Shown here piece by piece: positions 35,542 to 44,793 of a DNA stretch of 64,000 nucleotides. The DNA is from Candidatus Babeliales bacterium. Its GTDB lineage: Bacteria; Babelota; Babeliae; Babelales; JACPOV01. Where the stretch lies: the NCBI GenBank assembly GCA_040879965.1, contig JBBDJI010000013.1, positions 298,365 through 362,364 on the forward strand. Direction: 5' to 3'. The notes under the pieces were generated by a model that saw only the letters and a list, made by a program, of their open reading frames with translations, was not told the DNA's origin and ran no database searches. The position numbers and the translations under genes were made by a program. How positions within the stretch are numbered: position 1 is the stretch's first letter; every line of letters begins with the position of its first letter.

Positions 35542-35588
35542 GAAGCTTTCTACTACGTTCTTCGAACTTCGAAGAACAAGTTAGCGAA
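35542..35588. repeat. GC-rich palindromic repeat, copy R2
   Basis: gaagctttctactacgttcttcgaacttcgaagaacaagttagcgaa contains the perfect palindrome cttcgaa-c-ttcgaag and is preceded by ggccgtgccagctgaagc (also at 35701..35718 and, degenerate, at 34952..34964). Confidence 0.8.
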
Positions 35589-35607
35589 TAGAAATTCATT
35601 TAACTAG

Positions 35608-35646
35608 CCTTACTACGCTCTACGAGCTTCGAAGGGCATACTTCGC
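35608..35646. repeat. GC-rich palindromic repeat, copy R3 (more diverged)
   Basis: gccttactacgctctacgagcttcgaagggcatacttcgc shares the tactacgctctacga.cttcgaagg core with R1 and R2. Confidence 0.7.
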
Positions 35647-35730
35647 TTTTTTATATCAAAGTAGTTTTTTATTTATTTATAATTATTCCATTAATAAGTT
35701 GGCCGTGCCAGCTGAAGCCTTGGCGAAAGC

Positions 35731-35807
35731 TGGTGCGCCCGGCAGGAATCGAACCTGCAACCTTCAGATTCGAAGTCTGACGCTCTATCCTATTGAGCTA
35801 CAGGCGC
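35731..35807 (-). tRNA. tRNA-Arg (anticodon UCG), CCA encoded
   Basis: Reverse complement folds as a cloverleaf: acceptor GCGCCTG/CGGGCGC (one G-U), D stem GCTC/GAGC, anticodon stem TCAGA/TCTGA with loop CTTCGAA, T arm GCAGG-TTCGATT-CCTGC, then ACCA. Confidence 0.9.
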
Positions 35808-35891
35808 AAAATCTAGTTAAAGTTGTATCAAAAAAAATAAAAAATGGCTAATTTGTAAGACTCATATATACGTAAATATATCATAAACTTA

Positions 35892-36629
35892 TTATTTTGT
35901 ACGAATAAAATAGGCTAAGAATTCTTTATTTCCGGTCGCGCCTTCGATAGGTGATTCAATCACTCCCTGGCAAATAAAATCATGCTGTTCTATACCTTTT
36001 ACCACCTTATCGATTATTTCTTGATGCAATTTTGGATTTTTAATGATACCCCCACGGCCTACTTGTCCTTTTTCAGCTTCGAACTGTGGTTTAATGAGCA
36101 CAATAAGCTGTCCATTTTCTTTAAGTATATTATGAATGACATCCATTACTTTTAATACTGAAATAAAAGATAAATCTAACGTTATTAAATCAATTTTTTC
36201 AGGAAGTGGCCCTAAATGCCGTAAATTCGTACGCTCCATCACAATTACACGAGAATTAGTACTGATTTTTTCATGCACTTGACCATAACCAACGTCAACA
36301 CCATATATTTTTTTTGCGCCGCGCTGAAGCAAACAATCAGTAAAGCCACCGGTCGAAAGGCCTGCATCTAAAACAGTTAAATTAGTCACATCAATATTAA
36401 AATGATCAAGAGCTTTTTCTAATTTAAAGCCTGCACGCGAAACGTATTTTGGTTCTTCTAAATCTATTTTTATTTTGGCATCATCAGTTATTTGCGTTCC
36501 TGGCTTAGAGATCATTTTACCATCAATAGTAACTTTGCCTTGCATGATTAAACTTTGAATGTGAGTACGGCTCAATGCAGGATGTAACTCCTGTATTGCT
36601 TGATCTAATCTTTTTTTTTCTTTTTTCAT
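35892..36629 (-). CDS. tlyA: TlyA-type rRNA 2'-O-methyltransferase (S4 domain plus FtsJ fold)
   Basis: RLDQAI...SRTHIQSLIMQGKVTIDG (S4), LDAGLSTGGFTDCLLQRGAKKIYGVDVG (SAM motif), LITLDLSFIS. Start placed at ATG 36629 to avoid overlapping the upstream protease gene. Confidence 0.85.
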   Translation of the reverse strand: MKKEKKRLDQAIQELHPALSRTHIQSLIMQGKVTIDGKMISKPGTQITDDAKIKIDLEEPKYVSRAGFKLEKALDHFNIDVTNLTVLDAGLSTGGFTDCLLQRGAKKIYGVDVGYGQVHEKISTNSRVIVMERTNLRHLGPLPEKIDLITLDLSFISVLKVMDVIHNILKENGQLIVLIKPQFEAEKGQVGRGGIIKNPKLHQEIIDKVVKGIEQHDFICQGVIESPIEGATGNKEFLAYFIRTK

Positions 36630-36636
36630 AATTACA

Positions 36637-38310
36637 TTACGCAGGCATTGCAACGTCTGAGTTGATGGGCACCATTGGCACTTGATTATCGGCAAGCATC
36701 ATATTATGTGCCGGTTCGTTAGTAATACCCGCTTTGGCAACTAGTGTTTGCATAGTTGGCGATAATGGAAAAAAATAATCTTTAGCAAGACGGATATCAT
36801 CATGTAATACTTTTTTAAACGGGCATACCACAAACACACCATCGGTTGTTTCGATCGTTAAGTTTTCAGATGTTAGGCCTTTGAATAATGCTTGCCGCAT
36901 ATCATCCATGGTTTTTACGCGTTCATCATTGACTTTTTTGAGTACTGCTCCAGGCATTAATGCACGAGATCGATGCGCTTGTGAATCAGGAAATATATGC
37001 GTAATAATAAGTGCTGATTCCATTTGATGTTTCATTTCTGTGTATTTCGCTAAACTTGGTGCCATATTAATCAGCGCTGGCAAATGATTAATGGTTAATG
37101 GCTGAATAACCATGCCGGCAACTATTTCATAATCAATTGCTTCAAAACCGGGATAAATTTTACGAATCGGTAATAATTCTGATTGATCAAACAATAATGA
37201 AATATCTTGTCGTTTACCATTACGATAAATTACCAGATGAACTTCTTGCCCTAACTTTAATTGCGAAACATAATCGATGATAGAAATTTTATCTTCATTC
37301 CACGCAAGTTCACCATAAATATCAATTTTATGACCATTAATTTCGTAAATCATATCGCCACGCTTGATGCCAGCTCGAGATAACGGACTTCCCTTGTAAA
37401 CATTAACTACATAAAGCCCACCAGGACCAGGATTTCCTAAATAATTTGTTAAACTTTCACTCGCATTATTGAATAAAATTCCTAAAAATGGTTTACGTAA
37501 TAATCGTACCGTCCGTAAATCATCTAATATTACTTTAAGTTCATTGATAGGAATAACATAACCAATATTTTGCGCATCAGGTGCATACATAGTATTAATA
37601 CCGACCACACTTCCTCTTCTATCAATTGAAGGACCACCTGAATTACCAGGATTTATTGGTGCATCAATTTGAATTAAATGTGATTCTCGTCCACTCACTA
37701 CCCCTACCGTACTTTTTAAACCTTGCTGGCCTAACGGATATCCTAATGTCATAATTTCATCGGCTCGATGTATAAAATCAGAATCACCCAAATTAAGATA
37801 AGGAACATCACCAAGAATGGATTTAATTTTATCTAAACCTTCTGGACGTATTTTTAATAAAGCAAGATCACGTTCTGGGCTGACACCTACAACATCAACA
37901 TCAATTTGATGCTTACCTAATGAAGGAATTTGTATCCATACCGATTTTGCTTGATCAATAACATGCGCATTCGTAATAATTTCACCATCTTTATTAATAA
38001 AAAAACCACTTCCGGTGGTTTGGTATTGATGCGGTGTTCTATATGGTTGTAATAAATCTACTGCCGCAACTTGTGAAAAAATTTGTGCAACCGTATCTTT
38101 TACTTTTGCTTGTAAATCACTCCATGTTGCACTTGGGCTTACAATACGCTCAACAATTTCTGTTCTTGGTGATTGCTGTACGTCAATAGTACTTGATTTC
38201 AATAATTGACGAAGTTCTTGTTGATCACGTTGTAATTTAACTACAAATAAAACCGCTCCAAAAGACATAAAAGTTACGGTTATTATACCGACAATATGCC
38301 ATAATTTCAT
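36637..38310 (-). CDS. htrA: HtrA/DegP-family serine protease with PDZ domains, N-terminal TM anchor
   Basis: Catalytic triad motifs TNAHV, DLALLKI, GNSGGP. PDZ-like segments (SPLSRAGIKRGDMIYEINGHKI). Confidence 0.85.
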   Translation of the reverse strand: MKLWHIVGIITVTFMSFGAVLFVVKLQRDQQELRQLLKSSTIDVQQSPRTEIVERIVSPSATWSDLQAKVKDTVAQIFSQVAAVDLLQPYRTPHQYQTTGSGFFINKDGEIITNAHVIDQAKSVWIQIPSLGKHQIDVDVVGVSPERDLALLKIRPEGLDKIKSILGDVPYLNLGDSDFIHRADEIMTLGYPLGQQGLKSTVGVVSGRESHLIQIDAPINPGNSGGPSIDRRGSVVGINTMYAPDAQNIGYVIPINELKVILDDLRTVRLLRKPFLGILFNNASESLTNYLGNPGPGGLYVVNVYKGSPLSRAGIKRGDMIYEINGHKIDIYGELAWNEDKISIIDYVSQLKLGQEVHLVIYRNGKRQDISLLFDQSELLPIRKIYPGFEAIDYEIVAGMVIQPLTINHLPALINMAPSLAKYTEMKHQMESALIITHIFPDSQAHRSRALMPGAVLKKVNDERVKTMDDMRQALFKGLTSENLTIETTDGVFVVCPFKKVLHDDIRLAKDYFFPLSPTMQTLVAKAGITNEPAHNMMLADNQVPMVPINSDVAMPA

Positions 38311-38475
38311 ATTAACCCTATCAAAACAATAGTAAAATTAATGCACTCAAATAGCCAATTTTCCTCAGTTTAGCATACTCCTTAATTAAAACTAGTACCG
38401 TATTTATCGTATTAGTTGCCAAAGAGAAAGCATCGGTTTAGACTAATAATCTCAAACCTCGTACAAGGAGTCTTT

Positions 38476-39804
38476 ATGAGTTCAATAACATCAACCGTAA
38501 CACTTGAAAAATTAATTTCATTTTGTAAACGTAGAGGGTTTGTTTATCAATCTGCTGAAATTTACGGTGGATTAAATGGGCTATATGATTTTGGTCATCT
38601 TGGCACATTACTCAAAAAAAATATACGTACCGCATGGCTCCAATCAATTTATGCTGCACAAGATAATATTTTTCTTTTTGAAGGCTCTCTTCTTAGTCCT
38701 GAAGCAGTTTGGCAAGCGTCCGGTCATTTAGAACACTTTCACGATCCAATGGTTGATTGCCTTAGTTGTAAACGTCGTTATCGCGCAGATGATATCGATC
38801 TTAGCAAAGCATGTCCTCATTGTGGAAAAAAAGAATGGACTGATATACGTAGTTTCAATATGATGTTTAAAACACAAGTAGGTGCTTCAATAGAACATGC
38901 AACTACCGCATATTTACGACCAGAAACCGCCCAATCGATCTTTATAAATTTTAAAAATATTATTTCTACAAACCGTACAAAACTACCATTTGGTGCGGCA
39001 CAAATTGGCAAAGCATTTCGTAATGAAATTAATCCAAAACATTTTTTGTTTCGCATGCGCGAGTTTGAGCAAATGGAACTTGAATGGTTTTGCAAAGAAG
39101 AAAATGCCCAATACTATTTTGATTTTTGGTGTAAACATCGTCTTCAATTTCATTACACAATTGGATTAAGTAAAGATAAATTACGATTACGCTCATATGA
39201 AAAAGATGAACTTTCTCATTATTCAATGGCAACTTCAGATATTGAATATGAATTTCCTTTTGGTTGGAAAGAACTTGAAGGCATAGCCCATAGAGGCTCA
39301 TTTGATTTAACCCAACATAGTAATTTATCAGGTAAAGAATTATCGATTTATGATGAAGAAACCAAAGAATCATATATTCCTCACGTGATTGAATCATCAG
39401 TTGGTGTCGATCGCCTCTTTTTGACTTTATTATTTGACGCTTACCATGAAGAAAAAATCGAGAATGAAATTCGCATTGTGCTTAAGCTAACACCACAAAT
39501 GGCTCCAATAAAAGCTGCTTTTTTGCCTTTGACTAAAAAACAAACTGAGCCTATGCATGCCATTTATAAGGAAATAAAAAAAGAATATCCTCATATTACA
39601 TTTGATGAAACCGGTTCAATAGGAAAACGCTATCGGCGGCAAGATGAAATTGGTACGCCAGTGTGTTTTACTTATGATTTTGAAAGTGAAGCAGATAATA
39701 CCGTAACAATGCGCGATCGAGATTCAATGAAGCAAGAGCGCATGTCTATTGATCAAATAAAAAATTATATAAAAACCATGCTACAAAAAAAGGAAAATGG
39801 GTAA
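38476..39804 (+). CDS. glyQS: Glycine--tRNA ligase, dimeric (GlyQS) type
   Basis: GFVYQSAEIYGGLNGLYDFGHLG, YLRPETAQSIF (motif 2), FRNEI, SVGVDRLFL (motif 3), C-terminal anticodon-binding domain. ATG 38476 preceded by aaggag. Confidence 0.9.
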   Translation: MSSITSTVTLEKLISFCKRRGFVYQSAEIYGGLNGLYDFGHLGTLLKKNIRTAWLQSIYAAQDNIFLFEGSLLSPEAVWQASGHLEHFHDPMVDCLSCKRRYRADDIDLSKACPHCGKKEWTDIRSFNMMFKTQVGASIEHATTAYLRPETAQSIFINFKNIISTNRTKLPFGAAQIGKAFRNEINPKHFLFRMREFEQMELEWFCKEENAQYYFDFWCKHRLQFHYTIGLSKDKLRLRSYEKDELSHYSMATSDIEYEFPFGWKELEGIAHRGSFDLTQHSNLSGKELSIYDEETKESYIPHVIESSVGVDRLFLTLLFDAYHEEKIENEIRIVLKLTPQMAPIKAAFLPLTKKQTEPMHAIYKEIKKEYPHITFDETGSIGKRYRRQDEIGTPVCFTYDFESEADNTVTMRDRDSMKQERMSIDQIKNYIKTMLQKKENG

Positions 39805-40382
39805 TGAAGTTAATTCGGCAAAGCTATGATTGGATGGGTAGACAAGTTCATACTCCGTATGCTACGCATATTTTAGCATTGCTTTTTTTTATTGAAGCAA
39901 CTATTTTTTTTATTCCGGTAGATCCTTTACTAATTCTTTACTGCGTTGAACATCGTGATCGATCATGGTTTTATGCATTAATTGCCACTTTAGCTTCAGT
40001 AATCGGTGGTATTTTTGGCTATGCGATTGGTTTTACATTATGGCAAACTATAGGAAATTTTATTGTAACCTATATTATTTCACCCGTTACTTTTGCAAAA
40101 GCAGTTCACTGGTTTGCTGAATACGAAACACCAGCAGTATTAATTGCAGGATTCACGCCAGTGCCATATAAAGCAGTAACAATTGGAGCAGGGTTTTGCA
40201 AATTGCCCCTTTTACCTTTTATTGTATATTCACTCATTGCGCGCGGCGCACGATTTTTTCTGTTAGCACTTATAATTCGCACTTGGGGCGTATCTATTAA
40301 AGAATATATTGACCGCTATTTTAATATACTTGTAATTTTATTTATGATATTAATACTTGGTGGAATCTGGCTTATTAAATAA
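39804..40382 (+). CDS. YqaA/DedA-superfamily membrane protein
   Basis: 192 aa with FFIEATIFFIPVDPLLI and GARFFLLA patterns typical of the YqaA/DedA (SNARE-associated) family. ATG overlaps the glyQS stop (taATGa). Confidence 0.6.
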   Translation: MKLIRQSYDWMGRQVHTPYATHILALLFFIEATIFFIPVDPLLILYCVEHRDRSWFYALIATLASVIGGIFGYAIGFTLWQTIGNFIVTYIISPVTFAKAVHWFAEYETPAVLIAGFTPVPYKAVTIGAGFCKLPLLPFIVYSLIARGARFFLLALIIRTWGVSIKEYIDRYFNILVILFMILILGGIWLIK

Positions 40383-40418
40383 TGGAAAAGGCAAAAAAAA
40401 ATTCAAAGGAAGAATTAA

Positions 40419-41756
40419 ATGCCCCCCAAAAAAATTGCACATTTTTCTCCCGGTCGCATTATCCTTTTATCAGTATTGGCGGCTATCTGTATTGGAACTA
40501 TTCTATTATTGCTTCCAATTTCTCGGCGGGAAAATATATCAATTATTGATATATTTTTTACTGCCACCTCTGTTACTTGTGTGACCGGTTTGCTTACGGT
40601 GCCATTAAGTAGTTTTACGCCATTTGGACAAGTAGTTATTATGTGTCTGATGCAAATTGGTGGTCTTGGCCTGATTACTATGACTATTTTTATATTATCG
40701 GTTTTTGTACAACTTGGCCTTACTACACAGCTATTAGCCGGTCAAATGTTAGAATTAGAATCTTGGAAAAATATTCGCAGCTTACTACTGTTTATTATTC
40801 AATTTACCTTCGCTTTAGAATTATTAGGCGCAATTGGTATTTTCTTTTCAATATGGCACGATTTCCCATTGGAGTATGGGTTTTTTTATTCTTTTTTTCA
40901 TGCAATTTCTTCTTTTTGTGATGCAGGATTTACTTTATTTCCAAACGGTCTTATTCCGTACAATCGAAATATTTTATTACTTACTATTACGGCAATTTTA
41001 ATGTTTTCTGGTGGTCTTGGATTTATCACTTGGCATGAAATTATGGATTATATAAAAGCAATGATATTTAAAAAAAGAAGATTTTTTTCTTTGTACACAA
41101 AAATTGTGCTTTCTACTTCATTCTCTTTGATTTTTAGTACTTCAGTTCTTTATTGGATTTTAGAAAGAAATAATGCATTCCATGCAATGAATCCATTTAT
41201 TGCTTTTTGTAATACTGTATTCAATGCAATTGCAAGTAGAAGTACCGGCTTTATTACAGTACATCCAACGGAACTTCAAGTCGCTACTTTATTTGTGGTT
41301 ATGATTATTGCCTTTATTGGTTCATCACCCGGCTCCACTGGAAGTGGTATAAAAACAACTACTTTTGCTATTTTTTTGGCAACCGTTCATGCCGCAATTT
41401 CTGGCAGAACAACAGTTCAAATTAAAGGACGACGCATCGCACGTGATCAAGTATATAAAGCATTAGCAGTTATATCTTTAAGCCTGGCATGGATTATTTT
41501 AACTATTTTTTGCTTACTTATTACTGAACGTAGTTGGGAGTTTTTTGATATTGTATTTGAAGTAATTTCAGCATTTGCTACTCTCGGTTTATCAACCGGT
41601 ATTACTCCATATTTATCAGTTATAGGGAAATTATTTATTATGACTACTATGATTATCGGCCGTATTGGTTCATTAACTATCATTCTTGCCCTACGCAAAA
41701 AACGTGCTGAAAAACAAGAATATCAATATCCCGAAGAACGCGTAATGTTAGGATAA
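40419..41756 (+). CDS. ktrB: K+ uptake membrane subunit, TrkH/KtrB family
   Basis: 445-aa multi-TM protein with repeated pore-loop motifs (TATSVTCVTGL, SSFCDAGF, RSTGF, ATLGLSTG). Confidence 0.85.
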   Translation: MPPKKIAHFSPGRIILLSVLAAICIGTILLLLPISRRENISIIDIFFTATSVTCVTGLLTVPLSSFTPFGQVVIMCLMQIGGLGLITMTIFILSVFVQLGLTTQLLAGQMLELESWKNIRSLLLFIIQFTFALELLGAIGIFFSIWHDFPLEYGFFYSFFHAISSFCDAGFTLFPNGLIPYNRNILLLTITAILMFSGGLGFITWHEIMDYIKAMIFKKRRFFSLYTKIVLSTSFSLIFSTSVLYWILERNNAFHAMNPFIAFCNTVFNAIASRSTGFITVHPTELQVATLFVVMIIAFIGSSPGSTGSGIKTTTFAIFLATVHAAISGRTTVQIKGRRIARDQVYKALAVISLSLAWIILTIFCLLITERSWEFFDIVFEVISAFATLGLSTGITPYLSVIGKLFIMTTMIIGRIGSLTIILALRKKRAEKQEYQYPEERVMLG

Positions 41757-41776
41757 AAAAGTAAATAAGGAATTAA

Positions 41777-42418
41777 ATGAAATTTTGTGTAATTGGTCTT
41801 GGACGATTTGGGTATCAAGTAGCAACTACTCTCGCAGAAAATGGCATGGAAGTTTTAGGAGTAGATTCACATGAATCTATAGTATCCTCTATTCGTGATT
41901 ATATTACCCATGCAGTCACACTACAAGTGAACGATGAAGTTTCGTTACGTTCCATAGGTGTTGATGAAATGGATACCGTTATTGTAGCAATGGGTGAAAA
42001 TTTTGCCGGATCCATATTAATCACTGCCTTACTTAAAAAGAAACTTCACATTCCCCTCGTCATTACTCGTGCGGTCAATGAAATTCATAAAGAAATTTTA
42101 ATGCTTATTGGTGCTGATCGGGTTATATTGCCAGAGCAAGAAATTGGTGCTAAATTAGCTGACAATTTAAGCTTGCCTTTTTCCGTTTTATCACGAGTCA
42201 CTAAACGCTTTTCGATAGCTCAAATTACTACACCTGGTAGTTTTGTTGGTAAACATTTAGATGATCTTAATTTATATAAACAATATCGTATCAACTGCGT
42301 AGGAATAAAAAAAGAAGATGAGATCATGCCAGTCGATCCACATTATACTATCGAAGAAGATGATAATCTTATTCTTGCAGGCAATAATAAGGATCTTGAA
42401 GCTCTTGGTAAACTGTAA
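41777..42418 (+). CDS. ktrA: K+ uptake regulatory subunit, KtrA/TrkA (RCK N plus C domains)
   Basis: Rossmann motif VIGLGRFG at the N-terminus, and 213-aa length typical of KtrA. Immediately downstream of ktrB. Confidence 0.85.
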   Translation: MKFCVIGLGRFGYQVATTLAENGMEVLGVDSHESIVSSIRDYITHAVTLQVNDEVSLRSIGVDEMDTVIVAMGENFAGSILITALLKKKLHIPLVITRAVNEIHKEILMLIGADRVILPEQEIGAKLADNLSLPFSVLSRVTKRFSIAQITTPGSFVGKHLDDLNLYKQYRINCVGIKKEDEIMPVDPHYTIEEDDNLILAGNNKDLEALGKL

Positions 42419-43031
42419 ATCTCCTTTACTTGAATTAATTGAATTAAGTATTACTTATCCACATACCAAGCAACCCATTATCAATTCATTTTCTTTGAAA
42501 ATTAATCGTGCAAATATTATTGGCATTATTGGTGATAACGGCTCAGGCAAAACAACTTTGCTTAAAACTATTGCGCGCTTAATTCCTATTTACAACGGAA
42601 AAATTATTTATCACACGAATAAAATTGGCTATGTGCCTGAAAATTGTATGTTATGCCCCTATGCTACCGCCTATGATATTTTATATTATAACCTGAAGCT
42701 CGCTCAGATTGAGCATAATATTGAAAATCGAATTGATGCACTTTTAGAACAGTTTAATTTAACAAATTATAAACACCAAAAAATAGCAACTTTTTCTAAA
42801 GGCATGCGACAACGCGTTGCTTTTGCACAAGCAATTGCCCATGATCCGGAACTTATTTTACTCGATGAGCCTTATTCTGGATTAGATAAAACATCAAAAG
42901 AAATTATCAATAACTTAATTATTGAACAAAATAATAGGGGATGTTCTTTTCTTATATCAGCCCATGAAATTGCTACAAATAATTTCCATTACCTCATCGA
43001 CTTAAATAAAAATGACAAGCTGAAACAATAG
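42405..43031 (+). CDS. ABC transporter ATP-binding protein
   Basis: Walker A GDNGSGKTTLLK, signature FSKGMRQR, Walker B LILLDEP, H-loop SAHE. Start uncertain (TTG 42396 or 42405; the track start 42318 overlaps ktrA by 100 nt). Confidence 0.75.
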   Translation: MVNCKSPLLELIELSITYPHTKQPIINSFSLKINRANIIGIIGDNGSGKTTLLKTIARLIPIYNGKIIYHTNKIGYVPENCMLCPYATAYDILYYNLKLAQIEHNIENRIDALLEQFNLTNYKHQKIATFSKGMRQRVAFAQAIAHDPELILLDEPYSGLDKTSKEIINNLIIEQNNRGCSFLISAHEIATNNFHYLIDLNKNDKLKQ

Positions 43032-43108
43032 TCGCACTTGTGCTAATTTTCAAATTAATTATAATTAAACTTATAGAGACTAATATAAATTCTTAAAGAA
43101 AAATCAAA

Positions 43109-44008
43109 ATGAAAAAAATTGTTTATATTTTTTTGTGTATAAATTTTCTACTCTCTTCCTTATGCATTAATGCAGGAATTATCGATGTAATTCAATGGAC
43201 AATAGCCTGCGGATGGCCAACATTTAGAGGACTCGTTGGAGCTGAACAAATATTAGATTATCATCTTAAAAAACTAGATATTAGCAGGGAAAAAGAAGCT
43301 CCCGAAAATGTACAAGATTATGTTCATGAGTCATTAACTCCTGTTTTAAAAAATGCTCAAGAACTTAAGGTATTTATCTGGCCTGATAAAGGAATTCGAG
43401 ATTATGCAGCTGATCTGAATAGCATCTATATCGGCATAAATCCAACAACAAAAAAAACAATGCTGGAAGAACTTCTTGAAAAAAGAGAAAGCAATGAATT
43501 GACCGATGAAGATCATAAAAATTTTTCCATGATTAATTGGGTTTTACATCATGAAGCTAACCATATTATTAACAAAGATAAATATACAAAGACAATGGCT
43601 AACTTTATAATTCCTACTATTACCTGGCTTGGATTTAAAAAATTAAAAAATAGGATGAATCATATACCTTATTTTAACCCTTTGACTGCAATTCCTTTTG
43701 CAATAGGTTTAGCAATATTAAATAGAGAATTACTTAATGCCTATAGTCGTTATATAGAATATCAAGCAGATCGAGTGCCAAATGATAAAGAACTCTTAAA
43801 TGGTGGTATTAGATTCATGGATCTTGAAATACAAAAAGAGCCTAAGCTAATAAAATTTTTCGAAAATGAGATAAAAACAACTATACCTGAAAATCGTCAA
43901 AAAATAGCTGCGTTTGCAATAAAATTCGTAAAGTGGTTCAGCTATGATCATCCAACAAATGAAAATCGTAAAACACAACTTGAAAAACAATTGAAAAAAT
44001 TAGATTAA
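43109..44008 (+). CDS. M48-like (HtpX/Ste24-type) zinc metallopeptidase-like membrane protein
   Basis: HEXXH in VLHHEANHII and the downstream motif YSRYIEYQADR (compare SR..E..AD of the M48 family). Signal peptide plus internal hydrophobic segments. Confidence 0.55.
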   Translation: MKKIVYIFLCINFLLSSLCINAGIIDVIQWTIACGWPTFRGLVGAEQILDYHLKKLDISREKEAPENVQDYVHESLTPVLKNAQELKVFIWPDKGIRDYAADLNSIYIGINPTTKKTMLEELLEKRESNELTDEDHKNFSMINWVLHHEANHIINKDKYTKTMANFIIPTITWLGFKKLKNRMNHIPYFNPLTAIPFAIGLAILNRELLNAYSRYIEYQADRVPNDKELLNGGIRFMDLEIQKEPKLIKFFENEIKTTIPENRQKIAAFAIKFVKWFSYDHPTNENRKTQLEKQLKKLD

Positions 44009-44041
44009 TCAATTTAAATAATTCTTATTTATAAATTAAAA

Positions 44042-44320
44042 TCAGGCATCACTATCTTTTTTTGTGTTTCTTCTTTGTCTTAAATCAGAATATCTTTTCT
44101 TTTTATATAAATTATCACTGTTATGGTCTTGTGATGCCTTCATTTGTTGTACTCTTTGAATTGCTGATAGTTTTGGTTCTTTAACGCCGTTATCTTTTGA
44201 TTCTATTGCAAATCCAATAATTTTTGGTATATTATTCGATTTTTTTTCCATTGCTAATGTAACAATAAAGTTCATATTAAAAAACAAAAGAAAAAAGGCT
44301 TTATTAATTATTTTATACAT
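44042..44320 (-). CDS. Small secreted hypothetical protein
   Basis: 92-aa ORF with hydrophobic N-terminus and a basic C-terminus. Confidence 0.4.
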   Translation of the reverse strand: MYKIINKAFFLLFFNMNFIVTLAMEKKSNNIPKIIGFAIESKDNGVKEPKLSAIQRVQQMKASQDHNSDNLYKKKRYSDLRQRRNTKKDSDA

Positions 44321-44343
44321 TACAATCTCTTTATTTTAAATTG

Positions 44344-44658
44344 TTAATTATTACCTGAATGATTATGAAATAAAATATTATGAAAATAATCTTCAAAGCC
44401 GCTTAAATTAGAATCTTTGTCTTTGCTTAATAAATTCATTTCTCTTTTACATTTAGAACATATCTTGGCTGTAGCTTCATCTTGCACTTTTGATTGCGAG
44501 TTGTTTTCTTCATGTATTTGGCATTCTTTTAATTGCTCTTGTAGTTTCCAAAGCGCATTCTCAGAATTTTCCATTGTAAACGCAAATCTGCTCGTCATGC
44601 CTAGAATTAATAAAATCAAAACGTTCTTACTTATTTTTTTATTAATTTTGAATTTCAT
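44344..44658 (-). CDS. Small secreted hypothetical protein
   Basis: 104-aa ORF with a signal-like N-terminus, one CxxC (CSKCK) and a His-rich end. Confidence 0.4.
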   Translation of the reverse strand: MKFKINKKISKNVLILLILGMTSRFAFTMENSENALWKLQEQLKECQIHEENNSQSKVQDEATAKICSKCKREMNLLSKDKDSNLSGFEDYFHNILFHNHSGNN

Positions 44659-44793
44659 ATTTTCTTTCCTTTAAAAAAAGTAAAATTTTTTAGTTAAAAA
44701 TCAATCATATCAAAAAAATATAATATGTAAGAGCATAATATAATCAGTATTCGGTTGTTTTTTTTTCAGAATCTTTAAAAAACTTAAATATAT

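Noticed and set aside
38311-38475. T-box or other riboswitch leader upstream of glyQS
   Set aside because: The leader is short and lacks the conserved T-box sequence and terminator/antiterminator arrangement. I see only a promoter region and a strong SD.
42455-42463. Perfect DnaA-box 9-mers (ttatccaca at 42455..42463; tgtggataa at 47372..47380)
   Set aside because: They are isolated single occurrences inside coding regions, as expected by chance in an AT-rich sequence. They do not indicate an origin.
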